Of a stretch of 64,000 nt of DNA, positions 20,864 to 29,745 are shown piece after piece. The position numbers and the translations under genes were made by a program. Below the pieces are notes generated by a model. That model made no database searches. It was not told the origin of the DNA and saw only the letters and a program-made list of their open reading frames with translations. Origin of the DNA: Actinomycetota bacterium (lineage in GTDB: Bacteria; Actinomycetota; Geothermincolia; Fen-727; Anoxymicrobiaceae); contig JAZDFZ010000079.1 in the NCBI GenBank assembly GCA_043807425.1, forward strand, positions 4,301 to 68,300, in the 5' to 3' direction. Numbering within the stretch: the stretch's first letter is position 1; each line of letters opens with the position of its first letter.

Positions 20864-21768
20864 AGATCGGCTACTACATGTTCGTGTTGGCTGACAAGGT
20901 CATAGGGAAGGTGCCGATCGGGATCACCCGGGCGGTCGCCCACGCCGGCGGCACGGCGTACTACTACCTGGTGGGGGGCAAGCGGAGGCTGGTGCGGCGC
21001 AACATGCGCAGGGCCTTGGGGCCGGAGGCTTCCGAGGCCGAGGTCCGGAGGACGGCGCGGAGCGTCTGCCGCTACTACGCCGACTACTGGGTGGATATCT
21101 TCTGGCTGCCCACGAAGTCCCGCGAGTACGTGCTGGAGCGGTTTGGCAAGGTCGGCGAGGAGCCCCTGGAGCGCGCGATCGGGGCGGGCAGAGGCACGCT
21201 CGTCGTCCTTCCTCACTTCGGGTCCTGGGAGGCGGGTGCGGTCTACCTGTCCAGCCTGGGCAAGTTCGCGGCGGTCGCCGAGGTGCTGAAACCCCCCGAG
21301 CTGTTCGACATGTTCTGCAGGCTTCGAAAGGGCGTGGGCATAGATATCTTTCCCTACGACCACAAGCCGGAGACGAGGGACCTCCTTGTGGAGGCGCTGC
21401 GGGAGAACACGATCCTGGCGCTGCTGTGCGACCGTGACCTCAAGGGCAAGGGGATCGAGGTGGAGTTCTTCGGCGAGCGGACGACGCTGCCCCCGGGCCC
21501 GGCCGCCCTGGCCATGCGGAGCGGCTCTCCGATCGTGTGCGTCAACGTCCGCAACGTCGAGGGGGGTTGGGTGGGCCACGCCACCGAGCCCATCTGGGTC
21601 GAGGCCCCGGCCGACGAGGAGGGGAAGCAGGAGGTCGTTGCGCGGACCATGCAGGAGGTCGCCCACCGGCTGGAGGAGCTGATACGCGAGGACCCCGCGC
21701 AGTGGCACATGATGATGCCCGCATGGCCTTCCGACCGAGACGGCTCAGGAGGTCCCGCCAAGGGCTGA
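20860..21768 (+). CDS. Lysophospholipid/lauroyl acyltransferase family protein (PatA-like PIM acyltransferase)
   Basis: ATGA overlap with the pgsA stop. Has the LVVLPHFGSWE (HX4D-type region) and LCDRDL motifs of the HtrB/LpxL-PatA family. The tracked ORF from 20323 overlaps pgsA in another frame. Confidence 0.8.
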   Translation: MKIGYYMFVLADKVIGKVPIGITRAVAHAGGTAYYYLVGGKRRLVRRNMRRALGPEASEAEVRRTARSVCRYYADYWVDIFWLPTKSREYVLERFGKVGEEPLERAIGAGRGTLVVLPHFGSWEAGAVYLSSLGKFAAVAEVLKPPELFDMFCRLRKGVGIDIFPYDHKPETRDLLVEALRENTILALLCDRDLKGKGIEVEFFGERTTLPPGPAALAMRSGSPIVCVNVRNVEGGWVGHATEPIWVEAPADEEGKQEVVARTMQEVAHRLEELIREDPAQWHMMMPAWPSDRDGSGGPAKG

Positions 21769-22806
21769 AATGATTGTCTCGGCGGCGGCCTCGCTGCCCG
21801 CCACCTCCGAGTGGCGCACCGGGAGCAGCACCGGCTCTCCCGCCCCCGCCGCCCTGGCCAGCGCCCCCGTGGCGGCGGGTGAGTTGAACCAGGAAGCCCC
21901 CGTCCCCACTATCGACACGGCTCTCGCCGGCAGCCCCGGCGTCACCGGGAGACCCTCGACCACCTCCGAGAGCGGGACCCGCCGGCCTGGAGCGCGGGCC
22001 GCCGGTCTGAACAGCGCCTTCAGGAGCTCAGGAGGCTTCAGCTCCCGGGCCGAGTCGGTGGCGGGGTGGCCGGCCGGTTCCCGCGCGGGTGGGTCCAGCG
22101 CTACCGCCCGCCCCGCCGACCCTTCGGCCACCGCCTGCAACGCGAGCGCGCCGCCCAGGCCGATTCCCACAACGTCCGCGGGGATGCCCCCGGTCCTGCG
22201 GCCCAGCTCGTCCAGGGCCGCGCGGATGAGATCTTTCATGGCGGGATCCTTCAAGAGCCTGTCACCGCCCGGGCCGCCGTCCGGCTGGACGGCCAGGCAC
22301 GGATGGCCCGCCGCCGCAAGGCGAAAGACCAGCGGGCCGAGATCGGAGACGGGCCGACCGTAATCACCGAGGACCAGGACGGGGCTTCCCCCGCCGTCCC
22401 GGAAGACGGCCGGAGACCTCGTCCCGCCGACGTCCAGGTCGAAGCACTCGCCCACCTCGCCGTCAAAGCGGACCGGGTGGTAGGCGCCCCTGAAGACGAA
22501 CGAGGCCAGGACACCCTGTATCAGCACCGCGATCACCATGCCGGCGATGAGCAGTACCAGCGTCTCGAAGCCCTCCACGTCCGGGGAAGCAAAGTGCCCC
22601 CGCCCGCTGAAGTACCAGGCCGTAGAGCCCGCGAGGATCGCGCATCCCAGCGCGGCGCTCAGGGCCCGGCGGTCCGGGTATCCCGTCAGCGAGAAGCCGG
22701 AGAGCCGCTTCCAGGCGACCACCAGCTGGCAGGCTCCCAGGAAGAGGAGCACGAAGTAGGCCAGCATCCCCCACATGTCTCCCCTGAGGTGTAACAGCCT
22801 GCTCAT
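21745..22806 (-). CDS. Membrane-anchored alpha/beta-hydrolase-fold protein (nucleophile apparently absent)
   Basis: Start set at MSRLLHL (ATG 22806), giving a 4-nt overlap with the PAP2 gene. Four N-terminal TM helices precede a hydrolase-like core. That core reads VVGIGLGGALAL where GxSxG is expected. Confidence 0.55.
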   Translation of the reverse strand: MSRLLHLRGDMWGMLAYFVLLFLGACQLVVAWKRLSGFSLTGYPDRRALSAALGCAILAGSTAWYFSGRGHFASPDVEGFETLVLLIAGMVIAVLIQGVLASFVFRGAYHPVRFDGEVGECFDLDVGGTRSPAVFRDGGGSPVLVLGDYGRPVSDLGPLVFRLAAAGHPCLAVQPDGGPGGDRLLKDPAMKDLIRAALDELGRRTGGIPADVVGIGLGGALALQAVAEGSAGRAVALDPPAREPAGHPATDSARELKPPELLKALFRPAARAPGRRVPLSEVVEGLPVTPGLPARAVSIVGTGASWFNSPAATGALARAAGAGEPVLLPVRHSEVAGSEAAAETIISALGGTS

Positions 22807-23444
22807 CCGCTTTCCCTCTCCGGGCGCGCCGGAGGAGACTCCCAGGCGCACAGCACCCTGTACAGCGCCCTGTTGCAGGCGCGCGAGACCGGCGAGTAGA
22901 GGGGTTCGGCGGCCTTGAGCAGCAGCACGCAGCCCAGTCCCAGGACGGCGCCGGCCATGATGTCGGCCGGGTAGTGGACGCCGGCGGTCACCCGGCACAG
23001 ACCGACCAGGCATGCCAGGGCGAGCATGACGGCGCCCACCCCGCGGCGGTAGAGGAGGGTGGCGAACGCCAGGGTGAATGCCAGGGTCGCGGCGTTGGAT
23101 GGGAACGCCGAATCGGTGTTATGGTAGAACAGCATGCTGACCGGGTTGCTCGAGAAGGGCCGCGGCCTGAAGAACAGCCGGTTCATGACGTACAGGAGCA
23201 CCATCGACAGCACCACCGCGGCCAGCGCGCAGATGACACAGCGGAAGTCGCGTTCGCGCGAGTCGTGGTCGCGGGCGAACAGCACCAGGGAGAGCACAAT
23301 AAGGGTCATGATCACGGGGACGATGTGGTCGTCGGCGCCGGCCTTCACCGCGAGATCGAGCGGGCGCCAGGCACCGGCGGCGGAGTTGAAGAAGTGAAAC
23401 ACCGCCCGGTCGAGCCCGATGAAGAACTGGAAGATCCCGGCCAA
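22803..23444 (-). CDS. PAP2-superfamily membrane phosphatase-like protein (divergent motifs)
   Basis: 213-aa, 6-TM ORF. Motif C3 is retained (CRVTAGVHYPAD). C1 reads NRLFFRPRP (Lys to Asn) and C2 reads FPSNA instead of PSGH. Confidence 0.7.
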   Translation of the reverse strand: MAGIFQFFIGLDRAVFHFFNSAAGAWRPLDLAVKAGADDHIVPVIMTLIVLSLVLFARDHDSRERDFRCVICALAAVVLSMVLLYVMNRLFFRPRPFSSNPVSMLFYHNTDSAFPSNAATLAFTLAFATLLYRRGVGAVMLALACLVGLCRVTAGVHYPADIMAGAVLGLGCVLLLKAAEPLYSPVSRACNRALYRVLCAWESPPARPERESG

Positions 23445-23533
23445 GGTTCCCGCCCCTGTCCGGGGGCCGAAGGCCCCCGCTGCGTGCCGACAATGATAAA
23501 CGATTTATCTCCTGATGGCATGGAGAGGCCCCG

Positions 23534-24640
23534 ATGAGGATCGCAATGGTCTCACCCTACTCCTGGGCGTACCCGGGAGGGGTCAACAATCACGTCGAAG
23601 GCCTGGCGGGCCGGATGCTGGCCCGGGGGCACGAGGTGTGGGTGGTCGCGCCGGACGCGCCGCCCGACCGGCCCGACCCGGGAGGGGGCGTCCGGTTCGT
23701 GGACGCCGGCCGATCGGTGCCCGTCCCCGCCAACGGCTCGGTGGCGCACGTCGCACTGGCCCCTGGCACGAGAGCGAGGGTGAGGCGCGCTCTCGCCGTC
23801 ATGGGACCGGACGTGGTGCACGTCCACGAGCCGATGGTCCCGCTCGTATCCACCGCGGCGGTGACGGCCACCGGCGCGCGGGTGGTGGGGACCTTCCACG
23901 CCGCGGGGGATGGCGGTTCGGCCTTATATGCGCTGGCCGGGCTGACTCGCGGGAGGCTCTTCGAGAGGCTGGACCACCGCATTGCGGTCTCGCCTCCCGC
24001 CCGCGACCTGGCCTCGCACTACTTCCCGGGCGACTACGAGGTGGTACCCAACGGCGTGGACCTGTCACGTTTCACCCCCGGGCTCACCGCCCCGCCGGGT
24101 TTCCCGCCCGGGCCGGTGGTGCTCTTCGTGGGAAGGGACGAGCGGAGAAAGGGCCTGGGAGTCCTGCTCGAGGCGTTCCCGGTCATCCGCCAGTCTGCCC
24201 GGGACTGCGGACTGGTGCTTGCCGGCTCCGGGATAGAAGAAAGGGACGTGGCGCGCCGGCTGCCGCGGGGGCTCGCCGGGGAGGTCTTCGTGGCCGGATA
24301 CGTCCCCAACGAGCAACTGCCCGCCTACTACGCTTCCTCCACGCTATTCTGCGCCCCGGCGCTCGGAGGGGAGAGCTTCGGCGTGGTGCTCATCGAGGCG
24401 ATGGCCACGGGGACTCCGGTGGTCGCCTCCGACATCCCCGGTTACGCCTCTGTGGTTGAGCAGGCGGGTGGGGGAGTGCTGTTCCCGCGTGGCGATTCCG
24501 AAGGCCTGGCCCACGAGGTCGCGGATCTGCTGGTCGATGAGGACAGGCGCCGGGAGCTCTCCAGAAGGGGCATCGAAGGCGTCAAGGCGTTCTCCTGGGA
24601 CCGCCTCGCGCCGCGAATAGAGGAGATCTACCGGGGCTGA
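23534..24640 (+). CDS. pimA: GT4-family glycosyltransferase (PimA-like mannosyltransferase)
   Basis: The N-terminus MRIAMVSPYSWAYPGGVNNHV is very similar to the PimA pattern. Carries the C-terminal GT-B EX7E region (GESFGVVLIEAMATGTPVVASD). Confidence 0.85.
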   Translation: MRIAMVSPYSWAYPGGVNNHVEGLAGRMLARGHEVWVVAPDAPPDRPDPGGGVRFVDAGRSVPVPANGSVAHVALAPGTRARVRRALAVMGPDVVHVHEPMVPLVSTAAVTATGARVVGTFHAAGDGGSALYALAGLTRGRLFERLDHRIAVSPPARDLASHYFPGDYEVVPNGVDLSRFTPGLTAPPGFPPGPVVLFVGRDERRKGLGVLLEAFPVIRQSARDCGLVLAGSGIEERDVARRLPRGLAGEVFVAGYVPNEQLPAYYASSTLFCAPALGGESFGVVLIEAMATGTPVVASDIPGYASVVEQAGGGVLFPRGDSEGLAHEVADLLVDEDRRRELSRRGIEGVKAFSWDRLAPRIEEIYRG

Positions 24641-24649
24641 GGTACTAAC

Positions 24650-26071
24650 TCAGACCGGCGGCTTTATCTCCAGCGGTGCGCCGAAGTTGCCCAGCGTGGC
24701 CTCGACCCGGCAGCGGAAGCCGCCTGTATCCTTCTGATCGAAGCCGGAGGCGTTCGCCGTGAACATGACGGGGTGGTGCTGCGCGTCGAGCAGGACCTCG
24801 ACGTCCGCCCTGGTCACGTCCGTGGTCTCGGCCTCGGGCAACAGGCTGGCGACGAACCCGGTGGCCCCGTGGAACGCCAGCTGCTCGCCCCCGGTACCCC
24901 CCGGCTGTCCGGTCACTACCCTGGCCCCGGAGGTGCTTCCCAGCAGGGAGCCGGGGCTGAAGTCCATGTCGGCGCTCGACTGCTCCCATGCACCGCCCCC
25001 GGAGAGCTCCCAGGTCTTACCTCCGGTTCGTATGTACTCGCGGTAAGGCGGCAGGCCCGGCAGTTCCCCGGCGTAGACGGCGTGGAATGCGCCGTCGCCC
25101 GTTACGTCGACGGCGACCTTCCCGGAGCGCGAGGCTCCGGACGGGGTCGTCACCGCCACCGTGGCGTCCATGTGGTAGGAGACCCCGGCCATCGCGGCCC
25201 GGGCGGCCCCCAGCGCCTTCTGTCCGGCGCCCGCGAAGTAACTCCCCCCCGCGACCACGTACACGAGAGCGACCAGGAGCATCGCACACGCGACGGCGGC
25301 CACCAGGTAGCGGGGGCTGGCGAGCGCCTTCAGGCGGGATAGCACGGCTTCCACATCGACCCCGGGGCGCCGGGCCCTTGTCTGGCGCGGCGCTACCGGC
25401 CTGCCTGCCCCCCGCGGGACGGGCTTCCTGAGTGGCGGTCGCGGGGCCGGCGCGAAGACGTCGGCCGGGCTGGGTCCGGGAGGCGGGAACGGGTTGCCTT
25501 GCGGGGCCGGCGCGGCGAAAGTCGGCTGGACCGGGTCGACCGCGAAGGCGGGCGTGTAGGCGGCCGAGGGATCGAGGCGTGGCGGCAGGCCCTCAGAGCG
25601 ACCCTGCTTTCCTCGAGAGCGCCGTCCGCCCCGCCTGCCTTTCCGGCGTTCGTCGCCGGATCCCGCGGGACGGTCGCCGTAGACGTCGCCCGGCGCCAGC
25701 GCTCCTCCGCCCGTCATGATGGCGAAGGCATCACCCGGGGCGGGGGCCGTATACGCGCCCGAGGTCCCACCGCCTATCTCGTATCCCCCGGAGGCGAACC
25801 CCCTGCCCTGCATGGTGTCGTCCAGGTCAGGCGGGGGCGGGAGGAGGTCGGCCTTGGCGGCCCACTGCGGCGGCTCGTCGAACCCGCTACCGCCGGGGCG
25901 CGTTTCACCGGGCGGAGCAGTCGATCCCTCGGGCTGCGCGGTGTCTGGGGCCGGGTCCGCGCTCGGTGCCTGGACGACGCCCATCAGGAAGCGGCACTTC
26001 ATGCAGTACTCGGCCCTGTCTGGGTTCAGGAACCCGCAGCGGGGGCAGTCCTTCAATCGATCATCCTCCAC
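24650..26071 (-). CDS. Zinc-ribbon / proline-rich / single-TM protein with extracytoplasmic beta-rich domain
   Basis: N-terminal CPRCGF...YCMKCRF zinc ribbon, an approximately 230-aa Pro/Gly/Ala-rich linker, one TM helix (YLVAAVACAMLLVALVYVVAGG) and an approximately 200-aa C-terminal domain. A GTG start at 26071 is assumed; the open frame continues to 26401. Confidence 0.6.
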   Translation of the reverse strand: MEDDRLKDCPRCGFLNPDRAEYCMKCRFLMGVVQAPSADPAPDTAQPEGSTAPPGETRPGGSGFDEPPQWAAKADLLPPPPDLDDTMQGRGFASGGYEIGGGTSGAYTAPAPGDAFAIMTGGGALAPGDVYGDRPAGSGDERRKGRRGGRRSRGKQGRSEGLPPRLDPSAAYTPAFAVDPVQPTFAAPAPQGNPFPPPGPSPADVFAPAPRPPLRKPVPRGAGRPVAPRQTRARRPGVDVEAVLSRLKALASPRYLVAAVACAMLLVALVYVVAGGSYFAGAGQKALGAARAAMAGVSYHMDATVAVTTPSGASRSGKVAVDVTGDGAFHAVYAGELPGLPPYREYIRTGGKTWELSGGGAWEQSSADMDFSPGSLLGSTSGARVVTGQPGGTGGEQLAFHGATGFVASLLPEAETTDVTRADVEVLLDAQHHPVMFTANASGFDQKDTGGFRCRVEATLGNFGAPLEIKPPV

Positions 26072-26198
26072 GTAGCCGGGCGTACAGACGCATGATATCA
26101 GAGGTCGGCGCGGTGGAGGTATGATGTCGCCTCCGTGGCGGCCCGTCCGTACCGTTGGATATACTTGCCTGTGTCGCGTTCGAGATTGGAGGGAAGGC

Positions 26199-27164
26199 AT
26201 GGGCTCACCGTGGGTGGAGCACGAGCAGATGGTCGTGACCGTGCGCTCGCTGTGCGAGACGGTGCGGGACGTGGTACGTCCGCACCTGGGCAGAGCGTCG
26301 GCGAAGGGACACGAGGGCTCCGGAGCCTCGGGCGACATGACCTTCAGCATCGACGAGGTGGCGGAGCGGGCCGTCGAGGGCGTCCTGGGCCAGCTGGACA
26401 ACGTGGCGTACTACTCGGAGGATCGGGGCCTGGTGCTGCCCGCAAACCCGGAGTACCTCCTCATCATCGACCCGATAGACGGCACCCGGCCCGCGGCGGC
26501 GGGGCTCGAGTCGTGCTGCGTCAGCGTGGCGGCGGCCCGGTACGACGGGGGTTCCACCGATGGGTTGACACTCGCCGACGTCTTCCTGGGCGTGGTCGGG
26601 GAGATAAAGAATGATGCCTTCTTCAGCGCTATCGCGGGTGGGGGCGCGCGGCTGGAGACGGGCGGTCGCCTGGTGCAACCGTCGCTGTCGGAGGGCACGG
26701 AGCTGTCGAGGATCTTCTGGACGGCCGGGTACCGGGGGCGGCCCGCCGAACCGCTGACCGCGGTCATGAGCGAGCTGATCGACCTCACCTCGGTCGACGG
26801 AGGCTACTTCGACCTGGGGAGCGCCGCGTTCAACATCACCCGGGTGGTGACCGGCCAGATGGACGCCTACGTGGACGTGGGACAGAGGATGGTGGAGGAG
26901 TCCGAGGGGATGAGGGACCTTTTCCTCCAGGTGGGGCACGGGGCGATATTGAACAACTTCGCCTACGACATAGCCGCCGCGGCCCTGGTGGCGAGCGAGG
27001 CCGGTGCCGCCGTCAGCGACGCCGGGGGGGAGCCCCTGGACCGCTACCCCCTGGTCCCGCGCGAGGGAGGTGGCCAGGTCTCCACGCTGGTCGCGTCGAA
27101 CGAGTCGCTCCACGGGCAGATCCTGGAGTACCTGGACCGTGGGATGGAGAGGCTGGGAGCGTAG
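26199..27164 (+). CDS. Inositol monophosphatase family protein
   Basis: Metal-binding motifs YYSEDRG and LLIIDPIDGTRPAAAG. The ATG at 26199 is preceded by GGAGGGAAGG; the tracked ORF begins at 26121. Confidence 0.85.
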   Translation: MGSPWVEHEQMVVTVRSLCETVRDVVRPHLGRASAKGHEGSGASGDMTFSIDEVAERAVEGVLGQLDNVAYYSEDRGLVLPANPEYLLIIDPIDGTRPAAAGLESCCVSVAAARYDGGSTDGLTLADVFLGVVGEIKNDAFFSAIAGGGARLETGGRLVQPSLSEGTELSRIFWTAGYRGRPAEPLTAVMSELIDLTSVDGGYFDLGSAAFNITRVVTGQMDAYVDVGQRMVEESEGMRDLFLQVGHGAILNNFAYDIAAAALVASEAGAAVSDAGGEPLDRYPLVPREGGGQVSTLVASNESLHGQILEYLDRGMERLGA

Positions 27165-27167
27165 CCG

Positions 27168-27800
27168 ATGGGCGCACTCATCGGGATATTCTTCTCCTCA
27201 CTGGGCATAGGACTCTCCGGCGCCCTGATGCCCGGCCCCATGCTCTCGGTCACCATCGCCGAGGCCTACAAGAAGGGCTTCTGGGCCGGACCCCTCATCG
27301 TGCTGGGGCACGCCATCCCGGAGTTCGTCCTGATGGTGCTTTTCAGCCTGGGCCTGAACAGGTTCATCAAGGACGACACGGTGCAGGGTGTGATCGGCAT
27401 AGTCGGTGGCGTCTTCCTGGCGTTCCTCGCGGTGAAGATATTCGTCGAAGCCCGCAGGGGGATAACCGTCGACCTCACCGCCAGGCAGGAGATCGGTTGG
27501 GGCCCCGTGGTGGCCGGCACCTGGACCAGCATCTCCAACCCGGGATGGATAATCTGGTGGGCGACCATCGGCGCCAAGTACATCCTGCTCTCCCTCGAGT
27601 ACGGCATAGTCGGCCTGGTGTTCTTCTTCGTGGGGCACGAGTTGGCGGACCTGCTGTGGTACTCGCTGGTGAGCTTCCTGGTCTCCCGGGGCAGGGGCCG
27701 CATCAGCGATCGCGTCTACCACGGCCTGCTCTACGGCTGCTCGGTGATGGTGCTCTTCTTCGCCGCCTTCTTCATCTACAACGGCATAAGGTCGCTCTGA
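27168..27800 (+). CDS. LysE/RhtB-family amino-acid exporter
   Basis: 210-aa 6-TM protein with the N-terminal G..GALMPGPML signature of the LysE family. Confidence 0.8.
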   Translation: MGALIGIFFSSLGIGLSGALMPGPMLSVTIAEAYKKGFWAGPLIVLGHAIPEFVLMVLFSLGLNRFIKDDTVQGVIGIVGGVFLAFLAVKIFVEARRGITVDLTARQEIGWGPVVAGTWTSISNPGWIIWWATIGAKYILLSLEYGIVGLVFFFVGHELADLLWYSLVSFLVSRGRGRISDRVYHGLLYGCSVMVLFFAAFFIYNGIRSL

Positions 27801-27802
27801 GT

Positions 27803-27900
27803 GGTGCCAGGCACATAACCCCCTTTCTATAGGCCCCATCCGCAGAGAAGCAGCAGTAGGAGGTTATGCCTCAGGGGTCAAGCGCCTGGCACCATTTTCT
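27803..27900 (+). terminator. Long imperfect hairpin followed by a T-rich tract after the LysE gene
   Basis: GGTGCCAGGC (27803-27812) pairs with GCCTGGCACC (27884-27893). An inner pair CATAACC/GGTTATG lies inside. ATTTTCT follows the hairpin. Confidence 0.4.
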
Positions 27901-27950
27901 GGGGTTGGTATAATACTCGCGACCGGACCCTCGACTAAGGAGGAACTCTG

Positions 27951-28517
27951 ATGGTTTGGGTCATTGTGATCATCGTGGCGGCAGTGGTGCTCCTCGGCGG
28001 GGCAATCGCACTGCTGTATAACGGCCTGGTCCGCAAGCGGAACCAGGTCGAGAACGCCTGGCATCAGATCGATGTCCAGCTGAACCGGCGGGCGGACCTC
28101 ATCCCCAACCTGGTCGAGACCGTCAAAGGCTACGCGGCCCACGAGAAGTCGACCTTCGAGATGGTCACCCAGGCGCGTTCGGCCATAATGAACGCCAAGA
28201 CGGTGGGCGAGAGCGCCCAGGCCGAGGGGATGCTGACCCAGGCCCTGAAGTCCCTCTTCGCGGTGGCCGAGGCGTACCCCGAGCTCAAGGCCAACCAGAA
28301 CTTCCTGGCCCTCCAGGAGGAGCTGGCCGGCACCGAGAACAAGATCGCCTACGCGCGCCAGTTCTACAACGACTCCGTGATGTCCTACGACATCGCCCGC
28401 CAGAGGTTCCCCGCGAACCTGATCGCCGGCATGTTCGGTTTCAAGGAGGAGCGCGAGTACTTCGAGCCGGAGACGCCCGAGGCGCGCGAGGTCCCGAAGG
28501 TCTCCTTCACCCAGTAG
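27951..28517 (+). CDS. lemA: LemA family protein
   Basis: N-terminal TM helix followed by the canonical LemA pattern: [43 protein letters not shown]...FYND. Confidence 0.92.
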   Translation: MVWVIVIIVAAVVLLGGAIALLYNGLVRKRNQVENAWHQIDVQLNRRADLIPNLVETVKGYAAHEKSTFEMVTQARSAIMNAKTVGESAQAEGMLTQALKSLFAVAEAYPELKANQNFLALQEELAGTENKIAYARQFYNDSVMSYDIARQRFPANLIAGMFGFKEEREYFEPETPEAREVPKVSFTQ

Positions 28518-28577
28518 CCGATTGGCACGGTCGAACAGCGAGAAACCGGACCACCCGGTACCCGGAGGTAGTCTCAG

Positions 28578-29690
28578 TTGTACGAACAGATAGGCTCAAA
28601 CAAGTGGAAGTCCGGCCTCATGATGCTGTTCTTCGTCGCCTTCGTGGTGGCGATAGGCTACGTGATAGGCCTGGCCTGGGGAGGCACCGCGCATCCCGAG
28701 TACGCGTTCATCGGGCTGGGCATCGCGGTCACCATCGCCATGATCATGAGCTTCGTCTCCTACTACAAGAGCGACAAGGTGGCCCTCTCCGTGTCGGGCG
28801 CCAGGCCCATCGAGGACTACCTCAACGACTCCAACTGGAGGGCGCTCGCCCTCCGATACGACAACGCGGTGGAGGGGCTGGCCATCGCCGCCGGGCTTCC
28901 CAAGCCCGCCGTCTACGTGATAGACGACCCCGCGCCCAACGCCTTCGCCACGGGAAGGAACCCCGACCACTCCGCCATCGCGGCGACCACCGGGCTGCTG
29001 ACGATGATGAGCGACGCGGAGCTGCAGGGTGTCGTCGGCCACGAGATGTCGCACATAAAGAACTACGACATCCTGCTGCAGACCATGACCATAGTGCTGG
29101 TGGGCACGGTCATACTCCTCTCCGACATCTTCCTGCGCACGTTCTGGTTCAGCGATTCCGACTCCGACTCGGGAGAGGCCGGGGCGATAATGATGATCAT
29201 CGCTATAGTCCTCGCCATCCTCGCGCCTATCATCGCGCAGCTCATCAAGCTCTACATCAGCCGCAAGCGCGAGTACCTGGCGGACGCCAACGGGGCGCTC
29301 CTGACCAGGTACCCGCCCGGCCTGGCCGGCGCGCTGCGCAAGATCGGCGGCGACGAGAAAGGGCTGCGCCGGGCCAACAAGGCCACCGCCCACATGTACA
29401 TCGCACAGCCCTTCGCCATGAACGCGAAGAGGGGCCGCAGGATGAATGCCATGTTCGACACGCACCCCCCCATCGAGGACCGCATCGCGAAGCTCGACGA
29501 GATGTCCGGCCGTTTCTCCGAGGCCGAGTACGAGGCGGCCAGGTTGGTGCCCGAAGGCGCCGCGGCTCCGCCGGCAACGACATCCGAGTCGGTAGCGCCG
29601 TCCGCGCAGACGGCTCCTCCCGCCCAGCAGTCGGCACCGTTCGCACCCGCGCCTCCCTTGGGCCCGGCCGGCGGCCAGAGCGGGGAGTGA
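28578..29690 (+). CDS. htpX: M48-family zinc metalloprotease (HtpX-like)
   Basis: HEMSHIKNYD (HExxH) sits between TM helices, with the downstream REYLAD glutamate. The LemA-M48 pairing is common. Has an Ala/Pro-rich C-terminal tail. Confidence 0.88.
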   Translation: MYEQIGSNKWKSGLMMLFFVAFVVAIGYVIGLAWGGTAHPEYAFIGLGIAVTIAMIMSFVSYYKSDKVALSVSGARPIEDYLNDSNWRALALRYDNAVEGLAIAAGLPKPAVYVIDDPAPNAFATGRNPDHSAIAATTGLLTMMSDAELQGVVGHEMSHIKNYDILLQTMTIVLVGTVILLSDIFLRTFWFSDSDSDSGEAGAIMMIIAIVLAILAPIIAQLIKLYISRKREYLADANGALLTRYPPGLAGALRKIGGDEKGLRRANKATAHMYIAQPFAMNAKRGRRMNAMFDTHPPIEDRIAKLDEMSGRFSEAEYEAARLVPEGAAAPPATTSESVAPSAQTAPPAQQSAPFAPAPPLGPAGGQSGE

Positions 29691-29745
29691 AAGGACCACA
29701 GACGGCCTCTCAAGGACTGCCCCCGGCCCCGGGGAAGTATTCGTC

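Noticed and set aside
26072-26401. Longer version of the zinc-ribbon protein starting at ATG 26401 (583 aa).
   Set aside because: The extra N-terminal 110 aa would run through the IMPase promoter and start region. It translates to Ser/Arg/Thr/Pro-rich sequence without features. A start just before the CPRCGF ribbon is more consistent with family architecture, though the exact codon remains uncertain.
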